Of a stretch of DNA of 48,508 nt, positions 8,609-17,588 are shown in pieces. The first letter of the stretch is position 1; each line of letters opens with the position of its first letter. Both the position numbers and the translations under genes were made by a program. A model generated the notes under the pieces. The model was not told the origin of the DNA and searched no databases. It worked only from the letters and a program-made list of their open reading frames with translations. Origin of the DNA: Patescibacteria group bacterium (lineage in GTDB: Bacteria > Patescibacteriota > Patescibacteriia > Magasanikbacterales > UBA922); NCBI GenBank assembly GCA_035290345.1, contig DATDUP010000010.1, positions 1 through 48,508 of the forward strand, read 5' to 3'.

Positions 8609-9461
8609 ATTTCTGGCAAAAAGGACAAAAGGCAGTCGTTCGACCAGAAATCTTTTTCTCTTGAATCTGAGCCCGACGACAACGAAGACAGGTTTGTCCC
8701 CTTCTCCCATAAACACACAACAAAGGGACAAAATTCCCTTTTCTCCCTCGCGCATCCCGATAATTGGCAAAAGTGGTCCCCCGTTTTTTCACGGCCAGAC
8801 GCATTATCCGTCTGATATTCTGCCATAATTTCTTTTGTTCAACAGCAGACAGGCTTTTCGCCGATCGGGTCGGCAAAATCCCAGCAGAAAAACATACTTC
8901 GGCAGCATAGATATTACCCAGACCAGCAATCAATTTTTGATCCAGCAACAGTGATTTGATCGTCGTTGACCGCCCTGATGATAAAGCGGAAAAACGGACA
9001 AAAGAAAAATCCGAGCCCAATGGTTCCCATCCATATTCGGCCAGTACTCGTTCTTTTTCAATCTCACTGACTAGACGCCAATAACCGAAACGACGCAAGT
9101 CATTAAATAACAGTTCTGACCCGTCCGCAAAAACTATTCTTATCCGATTATATTTTTCTGTTTCTCCTTTATCCTTTTCCTCGTGCCCGCCAGACGCCCG
9201 TTGGTCACCCCGGCGATAAATGAGCTGACCAGTCATTTTAAGATGCACTAACAAGTATTGCCCATTGGCCAACTGACCGAATAACAACTTGCCCCGCCGG
9301 TTTAAGGACAGGATTTCAGTATTGATCAATAGTTGAATAAATTTTTTCGGCAAAGGAAAAACCCGCGCTTTTGGTCTGATCTGCACTTGGACAATTTTTT
9401 TATGCAAAATCAATCGCTGCAAATCGCGACGAATGGTTTCCACTTCAGGAAGTTCAGGCAT
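8607..9461 (-). CDS. mutM: formamidopyrimidine-DNA glycosylase
   Basis: N-terminal MPELPEVETIRR and a C-terminal zinc finger, CLRC...CPFCQK. Confidence 0.93.
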   Translation of the reverse strand: MPELPEVETIRRDLQRLILHKKIVQVQIRPKARVFPLPKKFIQLLINTEILSLNRRGKLLFGQLANGQYLLVHLKMTGQLIYRRGDQRASGGHEEKDKGETEKYNRIRIVFADGSELLFNDLRRFGYWRLVSEIEKERVLAEYGWEPLGSDFSFVRFSALSSGRSTTIKSLLLDQKLIAGLGNIYAAEVCFSAGILPTRSAKSLSAVEQKKLWQNIRRIMRLAVKKRGTTFANYRDARGRKGNFVPLLCVYGRRGQTCLRCRRAQIQEKKISGRTTAFCPFCQK

Positions 9462-9503
9462 ATGAAATTAAAACCCAGATAATTATCTGAGTCTGATTTT
9501 GAC

Positions 9504-9588
9504 TGGTGGGTGGAGTAGGATTCGAACCTACGAAGGCTGAGCCAACAGATTTACAGTCTGTCCCCTTTGACCGCTCGGGAATCCACCC
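9504..9588 (-). tRNA. trnY: tRNA-Tyr (anticodon GUA), long variable arm, CCA encoded
   Basis: An 85-nt cloverleaf with GGGUGGA/UCCACCC acceptor and a CUGUAAA anticodon loop. Confidence 0.9.
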
Positions 9589-9595
9589 AATTATT

Positions 9596-9672
9596 TGGAG
9601 CCACCTCAGGGATTCGAACCCAGGACCTACTGTTTACAAAACAGCCGCTCTAACCAGCTGAGCTAAGGTGGC
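9596..9672 (-). tRNA. trnT: tRNA-Thr (anticodon UGU), CCA encoded
   Basis: A 77-nt cloverleaf with GCCACCU/AGGUGGC acceptor and a UUUGUAA anticodon loop. Confidence 0.9.
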
Positions 9673-9673
9673 A

Positions 9674-10558
9674 CTATTTTATTCCATCAATCTGTTCTCG
9701 AAAGAATGACAGCTTGTTATTCTCCGGATTGACCATGCGTAGCTGGCTGTACGCCTTCTCCGCTAATTCTTTGTTCCCACATTTTACACTCACCTCCACC
9801 AGCCTGTCAAGATATTTAGGATTCTGCGGCTCAATATCTGCGGCCTGCTGAATTGCTTCCAGGGCAGGTTCATACTTTCCTATTTTTTCCAATAGATCAG
9901 CCAATTTAAGAAAACGGGCCGGATTATTATCAGTCAGCAACAAACTGCGCTGATAATAATCAATGGCTGCTTCCAATTGATTCTGGGCTTCGGCCATTTC
10001 GGCCAACAAAACTATGGCTTGATCATGGTCCGGGTTGAGCCGAAGAAGAAAATCTAAAGTCTCGCCCGCCTCGGTCAATTCCCCCTGGGCCTGATACACT
10101 TTCCCCAAATTCAAATAAGCTTCTTGGTTTTTAGGCTTAAGCCGAATAACTTCAATAAACTTCTTTTCCGCCCCTTCGTAGTCTTTATTAGCCAAGGCCT
10201 CTTCCCCTTGCCGCATTATGGCCTTTATCTCCTCGGCCCCCACCTTTTTCGTTTGCTCCTTCTTAGCCGCCACCTTTAAAATTTGACCATGTACCCGGCC
10301 AACGTACTGGCGGAAGGCCAGCTGGACTCCCTTGGCCCAACGAACAAAGGGTTGGAACATTTTTCGGCTCTTTTTATCCCAGATTTCAGCCTTGGCATCT
10401 AAACGTTTACGCATCAATTCTTCTTTTTTCCGGGCCAGCTTCACTTCTGGGATAGAATCCACATCCAATAAAGTCAGCTGGGGAAACTTGCGGACAACAA
10501 TAACAGCGATGATTACTAAGGATAAAGAAATAAGAATGAAAGGCAACAAACTGTACAT
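9674..10558 (-). CDS. membrane-anchored tetratricopeptide-repeat protein
   Basis: An N-terminal TM helix followed by repeated TPR-like A..Y...A..A helical units. Confidence 0.7.
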   Translation of the reverse strand: MYSLLPFILISLSLVIIAVIVVRKFPQLTLLDVDSIPEVKLARKKEELMRKRLDAKAEIWDKKSRKMFQPFVRWAKGVQLAFRQYVGRVHGQILKVAAKKEQTKKVGAEEIKAIMRQGEEALANKDYEGAEKKFIEVIRLKPKNQEAYLNLGKVYQAQGELTEAGETLDFLLRLNPDHDQAIVLLAEMAEAQNQLEAAIDYYQRSLLLTDNNPARFLKLADLLEKIGKYEPALEAIQQAADIEPQNPKYLDRLVEVSVKCGNKELAEKAYSQLRMVNPENNKLSFFREQIDGIK

Positions 10559-10565
10559 AAATAAA

Positions 10566-11303
10566 TTAAATACTTGCCGCCGCTCGAATTAAGGCCAGGA
10601 ACGAATCCTGTTTAGTAGAGGCACCCCCCACTAATACACCATCACAAGTAGGGAGCGTTAGATATGATAACACATTTTCCGGAGTAACTGAACCTCCATA
10701 AAGGACCACAGGTTCAGTTCCTAAATACTGTTGGGCTTCCTTTTTAATCCAGCCTTGCACATCGTCCGCATCAGCTGGCAAGCAAGGTGTACCCGTACCA
10801 ATCGCCCAAACAGGTTCATAAGCGATTAAAGGAATCCGACCATTCAAAGTCAAACCATCCAAAGCGGTATATAATTGTTTTTTCAACCGATATTCTCGTT
10901 TTCCTTCATCTTTTTCTTCTTTGGTTTCTCCCACACACAAGACTGGGGTCAGACCGGCGTCCAGACAAGCCTCAATTTTTTTTCGTACAGCCGTATCGGA
11001 TTCGCCAAAAATGTGACGTCGTTCTGAATGACCAACCAAAGCATACTCACAACCAATATCCTTAAACATTAGAGCAGATACCGCCCCGGTATAAGCACCC
11101 TGAGGCGTCCAACTCACATTCTGGGCTCCCACCCGCCACTCAGTATTTTTTAGTATCTCCGCAGTGTCTTGAACAGACAAAAGCAGAGGAAAGACCGCGA
11201 CCGAAACCTTTTCCTCCACAGTTTCATTTTTCAAACCCGTGGCCAGAGCTACGGTCTCAGCAGCATTCAAGTACATTTTCCAATTGCCAAAAACGTATTT
11301 CAT
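10566..11303 (-). CDS. tpiA: triosephosphate isomerase
   Basis: Motifs GNWKMY, VGHSERR and AYEPVWAIGTG. Confidence 0.95.
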   Translation of the reverse strand: MKYVFGNWKMYLNAAETVALATGLKNETVEEKVSVAVFPLLLSVQDTAEILKNTEWRVGAQNVSWTPQGAYTGAVSALMFKDIGCEYALVGHSERRHIFGESDTAVRKKIEACLDAGLTPVLCVGETKEEKDEGKREYRLKKQLYTALDGLTLNGRIPLIAYEPVWAIGTGTPCLPADADDVQGWIKKEAQQYLGTEPVVLYGGSVTPENVLSYLTLPTCDGVLVGGASTKQDSFLALIRAAASI

Positions 11304-11312
11304 AAAAAAAAT

Positions 11313-12572
11313 TTAGGTGATTAATTTTTGATCTCCGACCGCGCCCACCAATGCTAGCCGCTGATTTTTTTCCTGAAAAACTTCTTGAGCAATCTCCTGG
11401 AGCTGCCGATTAGTGATCTGTTCTAATTCTTTTATCTTCTCCTCCGGTGTTTTTATCCGCACTCTATAAATATCTTGTAGACCATACCAACTGGCCTGAC
11501 TACTACTATCTTCCAAAGACAGAACCAGGTGACCTCGTAGATGTGTCTTGGCATCTTGAAGCTCTCGGGCAGTCACCCCTTTCTTTTTTAGATTCTTCAA
11601 TTCCTGCTGAATTACGGTGAGAGCCCGAGGGATATTCTTGGCTTCCAAACCCACACGAATAGCGGAATAGCCGGCATCATGAAAACTCTCCTGATCCGCG
11701 CGCACCATGTAAGCCAAACCTAAACGCTCGCGAATCTTAATGAATAGTCGTGAACTCATACTGCCGCCCAAAATAGTGTTCAATACCCCTAAAACAATAT
11801 TGCGTTCATCCGCATAGGCGAAACTAGGATAACCAACCATCAACTGCACCTGGTCAGTGCACATCCGCACGATTCGTTGGCGCTTTTCTTTCTCGGTTGG
11901 ACCTAGAACAGCGGGAGAAAACCCAACCGGGCTCTTCTTCTCTTTGGCCGGAGAAAAATATTTCTCCACTAATTTCTTTGCTTCCGCACTGATGTGTCCA
12001 GCAATGACAATGGTGAAATTGTCTGGCCGATAAAACTGCTGATAATAAGCCATAACTTGCGGCCGGGTCAGCTGACGCACAGTCTTTTCTACTCCGCCAA
12101 TATCCCAGCTCAAGGGATGAGTGGGGGCAAAAAAAAGATTTTCAAATTCGCTTTCAATCCGCAACAACGGATTGTCTTTATACATACGTAGCTCTTCTAT
12201 AATCACTGTCTTCTCCCGTTCCATTTCTGCTGGCGTGAATCGGGAGTGATAGAGCATGTCCGAGAGAATATCCAAGGCCAAGTCCAGATGTTGCTGAGCA
12301 GTTTTGATGTAATAGCCAGTATATTCCTTGCTCGTGAAAGCATTATACTCCGCGCCCAGGCGATCAATCTCTCGTGTCAAAACCAAAGTTGTGGGCCGAC
12401 GTTTTGTTCCTTTGAACATTAAGTGCTCAATAAAATGAGAGAGGCCGCTGGTCGCCTTTGTCTCATAACGTGAGCCAACTGGCGCCAAAACCAAAATCGT
12501 CACCGTCTTTGTCCCGGACATGGGGACAAGGTACAGCTTGGTTTGGTTAATCGTCTGACAAGAAAAAGCCAT
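11313..12572 (-). CDS. M16 family (insulinase/pitrilysin-like) zinc peptidase
   Basis: The inverted zinc motif HFIEHLMFKGT (HxxEH). Confidence 0.85.
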   Translation of the reverse strand: MAFSCQTINQTKLYLVPMSGTKTVTILVLAPVGSRYETKATSGLSHFIEHLMFKGTKRRPTTLVLTREIDRLGAEYNAFTSKEYTGYYIKTAQQHLDLALDILSDMLYHSRFTPAEMEREKTVIIEELRMYKDNPLLRIESEFENLFFAPTHPLSWDIGGVEKTVRQLTRPQVMAYYQQFYRPDNFTIVIAGHISAEAKKLVEKYFSPAKEKKSPVGFSPAVLGPTEKEKRQRIVRMCTDQVQLMVGYPSFAYADERNIVLGVLNTILGGSMSSRLFIKIRERLGLAYMVRADQESFHDAGYSAIRVGLEAKNIPRALTVIQQELKNLKKKGVTARELQDAKTHLRGHLVLSLEDSSSQASWYGLQDIYRVRIKTPEEKIKELEQITNRQLQEIAQEVFQEKNQRLALVGAVGDQKLIT

Positions 12573-12577
12573 AAGGA

Positions 12578-13951
12578 TTAAAAAACCAATTTAGCTGACA
12601 AATAATCCACTAATTCTTTAATCGCCACTCTTTCTTGCCCCATAGTGTCGCGATCCCGAACCGTCACCTTTTGGTCTTCTAAGCTGTCAAAATCAATGGT
12701 CAGACAAAACGGAGTGCCAATCTCATCCTGGCGGCGGTATCGTTTGCCAATGCTTCCGGTCTCATCATATTGGACCTGCCACTTAGGTCGTAACAACGAA
12801 AGAATCTCTTGTGCTAACCCGGTCAAAGGCTCTTTTTTAGATAAAGGCAAAACTGCCACCTTGATGGGGGCCAAAGCCGGATGAAGGCGTAGAATCACTT
12901 CTTTCTCATGTTTAGCATCATCTTCTCCGGATCGAGCCCCCCCTTCTTCATAGGCATCAATCAAGAAAGCCAACAAAGCTCGATCCGCCCCATCCGAAGT
13001 CTCAATAATATGCGGGACATAACGTTCATTTTTTTCCTGATCAAAATAACGCAGATCCTGACCACTGAACTGACTGTGGCGAGATAAATCCCAATCTCCC
13101 CGATCATGAATCCCGGCCAATTCTTTGAAGCCCATGCCCGGATAATTGTATTCTATATCCACCGCTTGTTTGGCATAATGGGCCAATTCATCTTTTTCGT
13201 GGTCGCGGAAACGTAAGTTTTCTTTTTTCAGACCATACTGTCGGTACCATTCCATTCTGGCTTTTTTCCAAGCCGAAAACGCTGCATCTTTTTCTTGGGG
13301 GTTAATAAAATACTGCTGTTCCATTTGTTCAAATTCCCGAGTACGGAAAATGAAGTGGCCGGGGGTAATCTCATTACGAAAAGCCTTACCAATTTGAGCA
13401 ATACCAAAGGGCAATTTTCGCCGCATGGTCTGGATGACGTTGAGAAAGTTCGTATAAATTCCCTGACAAGTCTCGGGACGGAGATAAATCGTGCTCGCCT
13501 CATCTTCTACTGCCCCCATTTGGGTTTGAAACATCAAATTAAATTTACGCACTTCTGTTAGTTGGCCCCCGCAATCAGGACAAGCCACTTGTTGTTTGCC
13601 CCAGTCACCCGGAGAAAATTTTGGTTTAATCCCCTTAGCTTCCAAAAGATGATCTGCTCGCCAACGTTTCTTGCATTGTCGACAATCCACCAATGGATCA
13701 GTAAACCCATCCACATGACCGGAAGCTTCCCAAACTTTAGGATGCATGAGAATCGAAGAATCTAAACCAACAATATCTTCCCGTTCTTGAACCATGGCTT
13801 TCCACCAAGCAGCCTTGATATTGTTTTTAAGCAAAACACCCAAAGGACCGTAGTCATAGCAAGAAGACAAGCCGCCATAAATTTCCGAAGAAGGAAAAAC
13901 AAAACCCCGACGTTTGGCCAAAGAAACAATGGGTTCTAAAGATTGAAGCAT
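12578..13951 (-). CDS. glyQS: glycine--tRNA ligase, homodimeric type
   Basis: A 457-aa class II aaRS with [21 protein letters not shown] and a C-terminal anticodon-binding domain. Confidence 0.95.
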   Translation of the reverse strand: MLQSLEPIVSLAKRRGFVFPSSEIYGGLSSCYDYGPLGVLLKNNIKAAWWKAMVQEREDIVGLDSSILMHPKVWEASGHVDGFTDPLVDCRQCKKRWRADHLLEAKGIKPKFSPGDWGKQQVACPDCGGQLTEVRKFNLMFQTQMGAVEDEASTIYLRPETCQGIYTNFLNVIQTMRRKLPFGIAQIGKAFRNEITPGHFIFRTREFEQMEQQYFINPQEKDAAFSAWKKARMEWYRQYGLKKENLRFRDHEKDELAHYAKQAVDIEYNYPGMGFKELAGIHDRGDWDLSRHSQFSGQDLRYFDQEKNERYVPHIIETSDGADRALLAFLIDAYEEGGARSGEDDAKHEKEVILRLHPALAPIKVAVLPLSKKEPLTGLAQEILSLLRPKWQVQYDETGSIGKRYRRQDEIGTPFCLTIDFDSLEDQKVTVRDRDTMGQERVAIKELVDYLSAKLVF

Positions 13952-13984
13952 ATGATTAAAGTTATGAATTGATTATAGCAAATT

Positions 13985-14105
13985 AAAAAGACCGTTAAAA
14001 CGGTCTTGGGGCCCTAGCGGGCGGTTCCACCCAAGTTGCCTAGAGGATATCTAGACCACTTTTCTGCCAGCTACAGGGAGCCAATCCCCTGGTTATCACC
14101 GGCCA
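13985..14105 (-). promoter_or_regulatory. compact T-box-type leader (tRNA-sensing riboswitch) upstream of glyQS
   Basis: The minus strand carries the T-box core GGGUGGAACCGCC. The antiterminator reads CUUGGG / bulge UGGAACC / GCCC-GCUA-GGGC / CCCAAG (14035-14005). It shares AAG with the terminator AAGACCGU-UUUA-ACGGUCUU plus a U run (14007-13985). GGC triplets lie upstream. Confidence 0.7.
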
Positions 14106-14109
14106 GAAT

Positions 14110-14139
14110 ATTATGACACATTATTATCAGTAAAGTCAA
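14110..14139 (-). promoter_or_regulatory. sigma70-like promoter for the T-box leader and glyQS
   Basis: The minus strand reads TTGACT (14139-14134), an 18-nt spacer, then CATAAT (14115-14110). Confidence 0.45.
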
Positions 14140-14162
14140 TTGACTACTGTTTAAACAATGAA

Positions 14163-14187
14163 CCCCGCACAAAACTGCCGTGCGGGG
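14163..14187 (-). terminator. hairpin downstream of ORF 14244-14789
   Basis: CCCCGCAC-loop-GUGCGGGG, then UUCAUUGUUU on the minus strand. The U tract is weak. Confidence 0.4.
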
Positions 14188-14243
14188 TAAAAGGTAGGCT
14201 ATTTGAGGAGGAAAACGACAGAGGGAAAAAGAGAAGAAGGCGC

Positions 14244-14789
14244 CTAACCACTGGCAACGTGGACCGGCAATTCGGCGCAGGAAGTAGCTGTGATGTCTGA
14301 TCGGCGGCGCAGGAAGTAACTATCACTGCCCCCCCATTCTCTTTGTTCTGGCCACCACCTCTGAAACCAGTTGCCCTTCTCATCCTGATGGATGTAAGCA
14401 AACTCCCAATCGCCATATTGCCATCTCGTCCAATCAGGAAAAGCGAAAACAACTTTCCCATTTGAGGTGACTGGGATGGGAATATCGCCTTGGTGATCCA
14501 GAAGATGTTGACAATCTTTCTGGCCAAGATCTGCACCCAGATCAGTAGCGCGGGTGCGCAGGACATTCCCGACGATATAACGTTCTCCCGGAAGGAGAAC
14601 CGGAAGGATCTCGTAGATGATTCCTCCCACCGTCATTGCCGCAGGGATACGACTGACCAGGGACCGCTGACGAAGAAAGAAGGTCAAGACCATGACAATA
14701 CTGGCGAACGCCAGGATGAAAAAACAACCCAAAACCAAAATCCAAAAAACCAACCCCCAATCAATCACTACGGCCAGTTCCTTTTCCAT
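14244..14789 (-). CDS. hypothetical membrane-anchored protein, GC-richer than its neighbours, Trp-rich C-terminal domain
   Basis: The ATG at 14789 is preceded by GGGGGGAG. An N-terminal TM region (VFWILVLGCFFILAFASIVMVLTFF) is present. The track ORF extends to 14825. Confidence 0.55.
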   Translation of the reverse strand: MEKELAVVIDWGLVFWILVLGCFFILAFASIVMVLTFFLRQRSLVSRIPAAMTVGGIIYEILPVLLPGERYIVGNVLRTRATDLGADLGQKDCQHLLDHQGDIPIPVTSNGKVVFAFPDWTRWQYGDWEFAYIHQDEKGNWFQRWWPEQREWGGSDSYFLRRRSDITATSCAELPVHVASG

Positions 14790-14842
14790 GTCTCCCCCCC
14801 TGGTTTGGTTTACCTCAAATGTCAAAGAGCAAAAACAGAGGC

Positions 14843-14871
14843 ATCATATATAAAAAATTACTGCTAGTCAA
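14843..14871 (-). promoter_or_regulatory. sigma70-like promoter for ORF 14244-14789
   Basis: The minus strand reads TTGACT (14871-14866), a 17-nt spacer, then TATGAT (14848-14843). Confidence 0.5.
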
Positions 14872-14920
14872 GCTACCATACCTCTTGATACCCCATTGAT
14901 ATTGATAACGACTCTATAAT

Positions 14921-14948
14921 AAAAAACAGCCGTATTTATCCGGCTGTT
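14921..14948 (-). terminator. intrinsic terminator after frr
   Basis: The minus strand reads AACAGCCG-GAUAAAUA-CGGCUGUU followed by a U run. Confidence 0.6.
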
Positions 14949-14962
14949 TGATAAAAGTAAAC

Positions 14963-15514
14963 CTATACCTTAGTTATTTCTTCTTCTTTCTCGTCAGCAA
15001 TGTTCTTGACATTGTCATTAGCTTCTTTTACCAGTTTCTCCAACTGATCCTGCTGGCTGAATTTTTCGTCTTCACTAATCTCTTTATTCTTCTCGCGTCC
15101 GTCAATTTCTTTTCGCGCATCTTCGCGAATCTGACGGATGGCTACCCGCGCGGCTTCCAACTTTTGATGTAACACCTTGATCAAATCCTGTCGTCGTTCC
15201 TGAGTCAACTCAGGCAGAGGTAAACGGATGACCCGGCCGTCATTGACCGGATTGATCCCTAAATTTGATTGACGCAAGCCGGCTTCTACTGTCTGAGTCA
15301 GACTTTTATCCCAAGGCTCCACCACAATGGTCTTTGCGTCTTGAACTGAAATGGAGGCAACCGCTTTCAAAGGTTGACGTGTCCCATAGGCCTCAACCGG
15401 AACATCTTCCACCAGGGCTGGTGTCGCTCGGCCAGTACGCAGGGCAGAGATTTCATTCTTGAAATGTTCAGCGGCTTTCTTAAAATTATCACGGTAGGAA
15501 TCGAGAGCAATCAT
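14963..15514 (-). CDS. frr: ribosome recycling factor
   Basis: A 183-aa protein with LRTGRA, PLPELTQERR and a typical charged C-terminal helix. Confidence 0.95.
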   Translation of the reverse strand: MIALDSYRDNFKKAAEHFKNEISALRTGRATPALVEDVPVEAYGTRQPLKAVASISVQDAKTIVVEPWDKSLTQTVEAGLRQSNLGINPVNDGRVIRLPLPELTQERRQDLIKVLHQKLEAARVAIRQIREDARKEIDGREKNKEISEDEKFSQQDQLEKLVKEANDNVKNIADEKEEEITKV

Positions 15515-15529
15515 AAATCAAAGTTAATT

Positions 15530-16618
15530 CTATTTCTTCTTGCTCGGCAGAACGGAAAAACCGAGAAAGAGAACATTGGTATCATTGGAGTAAGGATACA
15601 GGATCGTCGGAATTTGTCCAGAGGGTAGCTTCTTGGTCACCCAATTCTTACCCCCGTCAATGCTACGGTAGAAAGTCGATTTAGTCCCAATCGTCGCGGT
15701 ATAATAAATTTCATTATCATTCTGGGGATTTACTGCAAAACCATAAATGTCCGCACTCCCCGGCGGAGTAATCAACTCATAGGGAGTCCAGGTATCCCCC
15801 TGATCGTCGGAACGCAAGATACCATAGGTTGAAACCCAATACAGAGTGTTCGGCTTGGTGGCATGCAACAAGAACCGGCGATACTCCAAACTGCCAGAAT
15901 ATTGTTTCATCCGACCTGAAAGATTTTCCCAAGTCTCGCCATTGTCGCGGGAACGCAGCAAACCCTCATCCTTAGTGACCAAAAACACCAATTTCTCAGT
16001 CAAGGGGCTAGGAAGAATTTGAATGATCCGCGTCTTGAAACGCTTGACCGTACTCCAACTATAACCAGTGTCAAAACTTTGCAGCAAATCACCGTTATTC
16101 TCGGCTAAGAATAACCGGTGGGGCGGAAAGAAATCAATGGCGAGAGAAATGATCCGAGCATCGGAACGTGATTCCCGGTAAACTTCAGTAAAACTGCGCA
16201 AACAGTCATCCGAACGATAGACTTGGGTGCCGTTGGTAATATAAATCGTGCATTTATTCTTCGGATGGACTACTAAACTGTAAATATAGCCGCCAGAAAA
16301 CATTTTCCGGGGTTGTTGCCAAGTATTTCCAGCGTCGTAAGTATAAAAAAGACCATTTTGACGGGAAGCCAGATAAAAGGCATCTGGATCGCCCGGATCA
16401 GTAAACAAACGATAGACATCCACCCCGGAAATATTTTTGACCCCATCTGCCTTCGGTAGAGCATTTAAAGTTTGCCAGGTATCGCCCTTGTTAGTGGAAA
16501 CATACATGCCTAAAGGCCCGCTAGTTGTCTGCTTGTCACTAGTGAAAGAAATACAGCCAGCCCCGAGCAAAGTCAAACTCATTAACACGAACCCGAAAAG
16601 AAAAAAGATTTTTTTCAT
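15530..16618 (-). CDS. lipoprotein with BNR/Asp-box repeats (beta-propeller, Ycf48/sialidase-like fold)
   Basis: A lipobox-like LLGAGC and six SxDxGxTW-type repeats (STNKGDTW, TYDAGNTW, SFDTGYSW, SRDNGETW, SDDQGDTW, SIDGGKNW). Confidence 0.75.
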   Translation of the reverse strand: MKKIFFLFGFVLMSLTLLGAGCISFTSDKQTTSGPLGMYVSTNKGDTWQTLNALPKADGVKNISGVDVYRLFTDPGDPDAFYLASRQNGLFYTYDAGNTWQQPRKMFSGGYIYSLVVHPKNKCTIYITNGTQVYRSDDCLRSFTEVYRESRSDARIISLAIDFFPPHRLFLAENNGDLLQSFDTGYSWSTVKRFKTRIIQILPSPLTEKLVFLVTKDEGLLRSRDNGETWENLSGRMKQYSGSLEYRRFLLHATKPNTLYWVSTYGILRSDDQGDTWTPYELITPPGSADIYGFAVNPQNDNEIYYTATIGTKSTFYRSIDGGKNWVTKKLPSGQIPTILYPYSNDTNVLFLGFSVLPSKKK

Positions 16619-16624
16619 ATTCCT

Positions 16625-17563
16625 TTAAGGAAGGATTAATAATAAATTTTCAATTAACAAACGAGGGTGAATATTCTCTTGCATCTGCTCCTTGGCCGCC
16701 ACCACGGCTTTTTCCAAATTAACCAACCCTATTTCTGTTAGTGGCAAGGATCGCGCCGTCGGATGAACACACCATTCTGTTTTTCCCAAACTGACCAATA
16801 AACCATCCCGCACCAACATCTGCCAAATGGCCAAAATTGATTGCCAATGATCTCGCGCCTTGACGTTATCCGTTTTGTCACCGAACAAATCCTCCACCAA
16901 CTTTAACTTCTGATAAAAAGGCTTCTGCCATAAAGAAAAAAACCTTTCCACTTCCCGAGAATAGGCTAAATAAACTTCGTTGTCCGCCTGCCAGGTCTTG
17001 GCCTGTCCAGGCAAACCACGAGATATCCCGGCCAAAGCCAGATCCGCTCCCTGACTTTTCAACCAGGCCACGATTTTGTCTTTGGCTACCGGTTGAAAAA
17101 AAATCGATTGACAACGAGAACGGATAGTTTCTGGCAAAAAGGTCTCATCATTAGTCAGGAGAATGATAACTGTTTTTTCGGTTGGCTCTTCCAAAGTCTT
17201 GAGTAGGGCATTGGCGGCCTCCGCATTTAAATCCTCCGCGCCCTCAATAATTGCCACTTTGTATCCTCCCAAAAAAGAATGCCGGGACAAAACCTGACGC
17301 AGGTCTCGCATTTGCGCAACAGTAATATCTTTTTTGGTCTTTTCTGTTTTTTCCTCAAAAAGCCTGGTGACAAAAAAGAAATCCGGATTGACCTCCAGCT
17401 TCTCTTCTGCACAAGACAAAAGATTCGCCGCTAATTTGCGAGCCAGACATTTTTTACCCACTTGTTCAGGACCAACAAAACAATAAGCATGGCTAATTGC
17501 CCCACGTTCGATAACTTGCGAAAAATAGGCCCAGATGTTTTCGTGGCCAATTATCTCTTCCAT
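16625..17563 (-). CDS. holB: DNA polymerase III delta-prime subunit
   Basis: HAYCFVGPEQVGKK Walker-like motif, LLKTLEEP and IRSRCQ. Confidence 0.85.
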   Translation of the reverse strand: MEEIIGHENIWAYFSQVIERGAISHAYCFVGPEQVGKKCLARKLAANLLSCAEEKLEVNPDFFFVTRLFEEKTEKTKKDITVAQMRDLRQVLSRHSFLGGYKVAIIEGAEDLNAEAANALLKTLEEPTEKTVIILLTNDETFLPETIRSRCQSIFFQPVAKDKIVAWLKSQGADLALAGISRGLPGQAKTWQADNEVYLAYSREVERFFSLWQKPFYQKLKLVEDLFGDKTDNVKARDHWQSILAIWQMLVRDGLLVSLGKTEWCVHPTARSLPLTEIGLVNLEKAVVAAKEQMQENIHPRLLIENLLLILP

Positions 17564-17588
17564 ACCGTATTATGATACCACAAAAAAA

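Noticed and set aside
8108-8826. Track ORFs 8108-8320 (+), 8500-8826 (-), 8513-8770 (-) and 8540-8815 (+).
   Set aside because: They overlap tRNA-Trp, rpmG, tRNA-Thr and the 3' end of mutM, which explain the sequence far better.
13985-14105. Possible SRP (4.5S) RNA, suggested by a GUAGCUGGCAG-like stretch and a promoter-to-terminator unit of about 120 nt.
   Set aside because: It has no GGAA-tetraloop or AGCAGCC domain IV motif, and the ends do not pair into one long hairpin. The T-box core, the UGGAACC bulge and the position upstream of an aaRS gene fit a T-box much better.
14144-14760. Track ORFs 14144-14566 (-), 14490-14867 (+) and 14542-14760 (-).
   Set aside because: They are alternative-frame or antisense to 14244-14789, which has the promoter, the SD and a TM anchor. 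ORF 14144-14566 also runs through the hairpin at 14163-14187.
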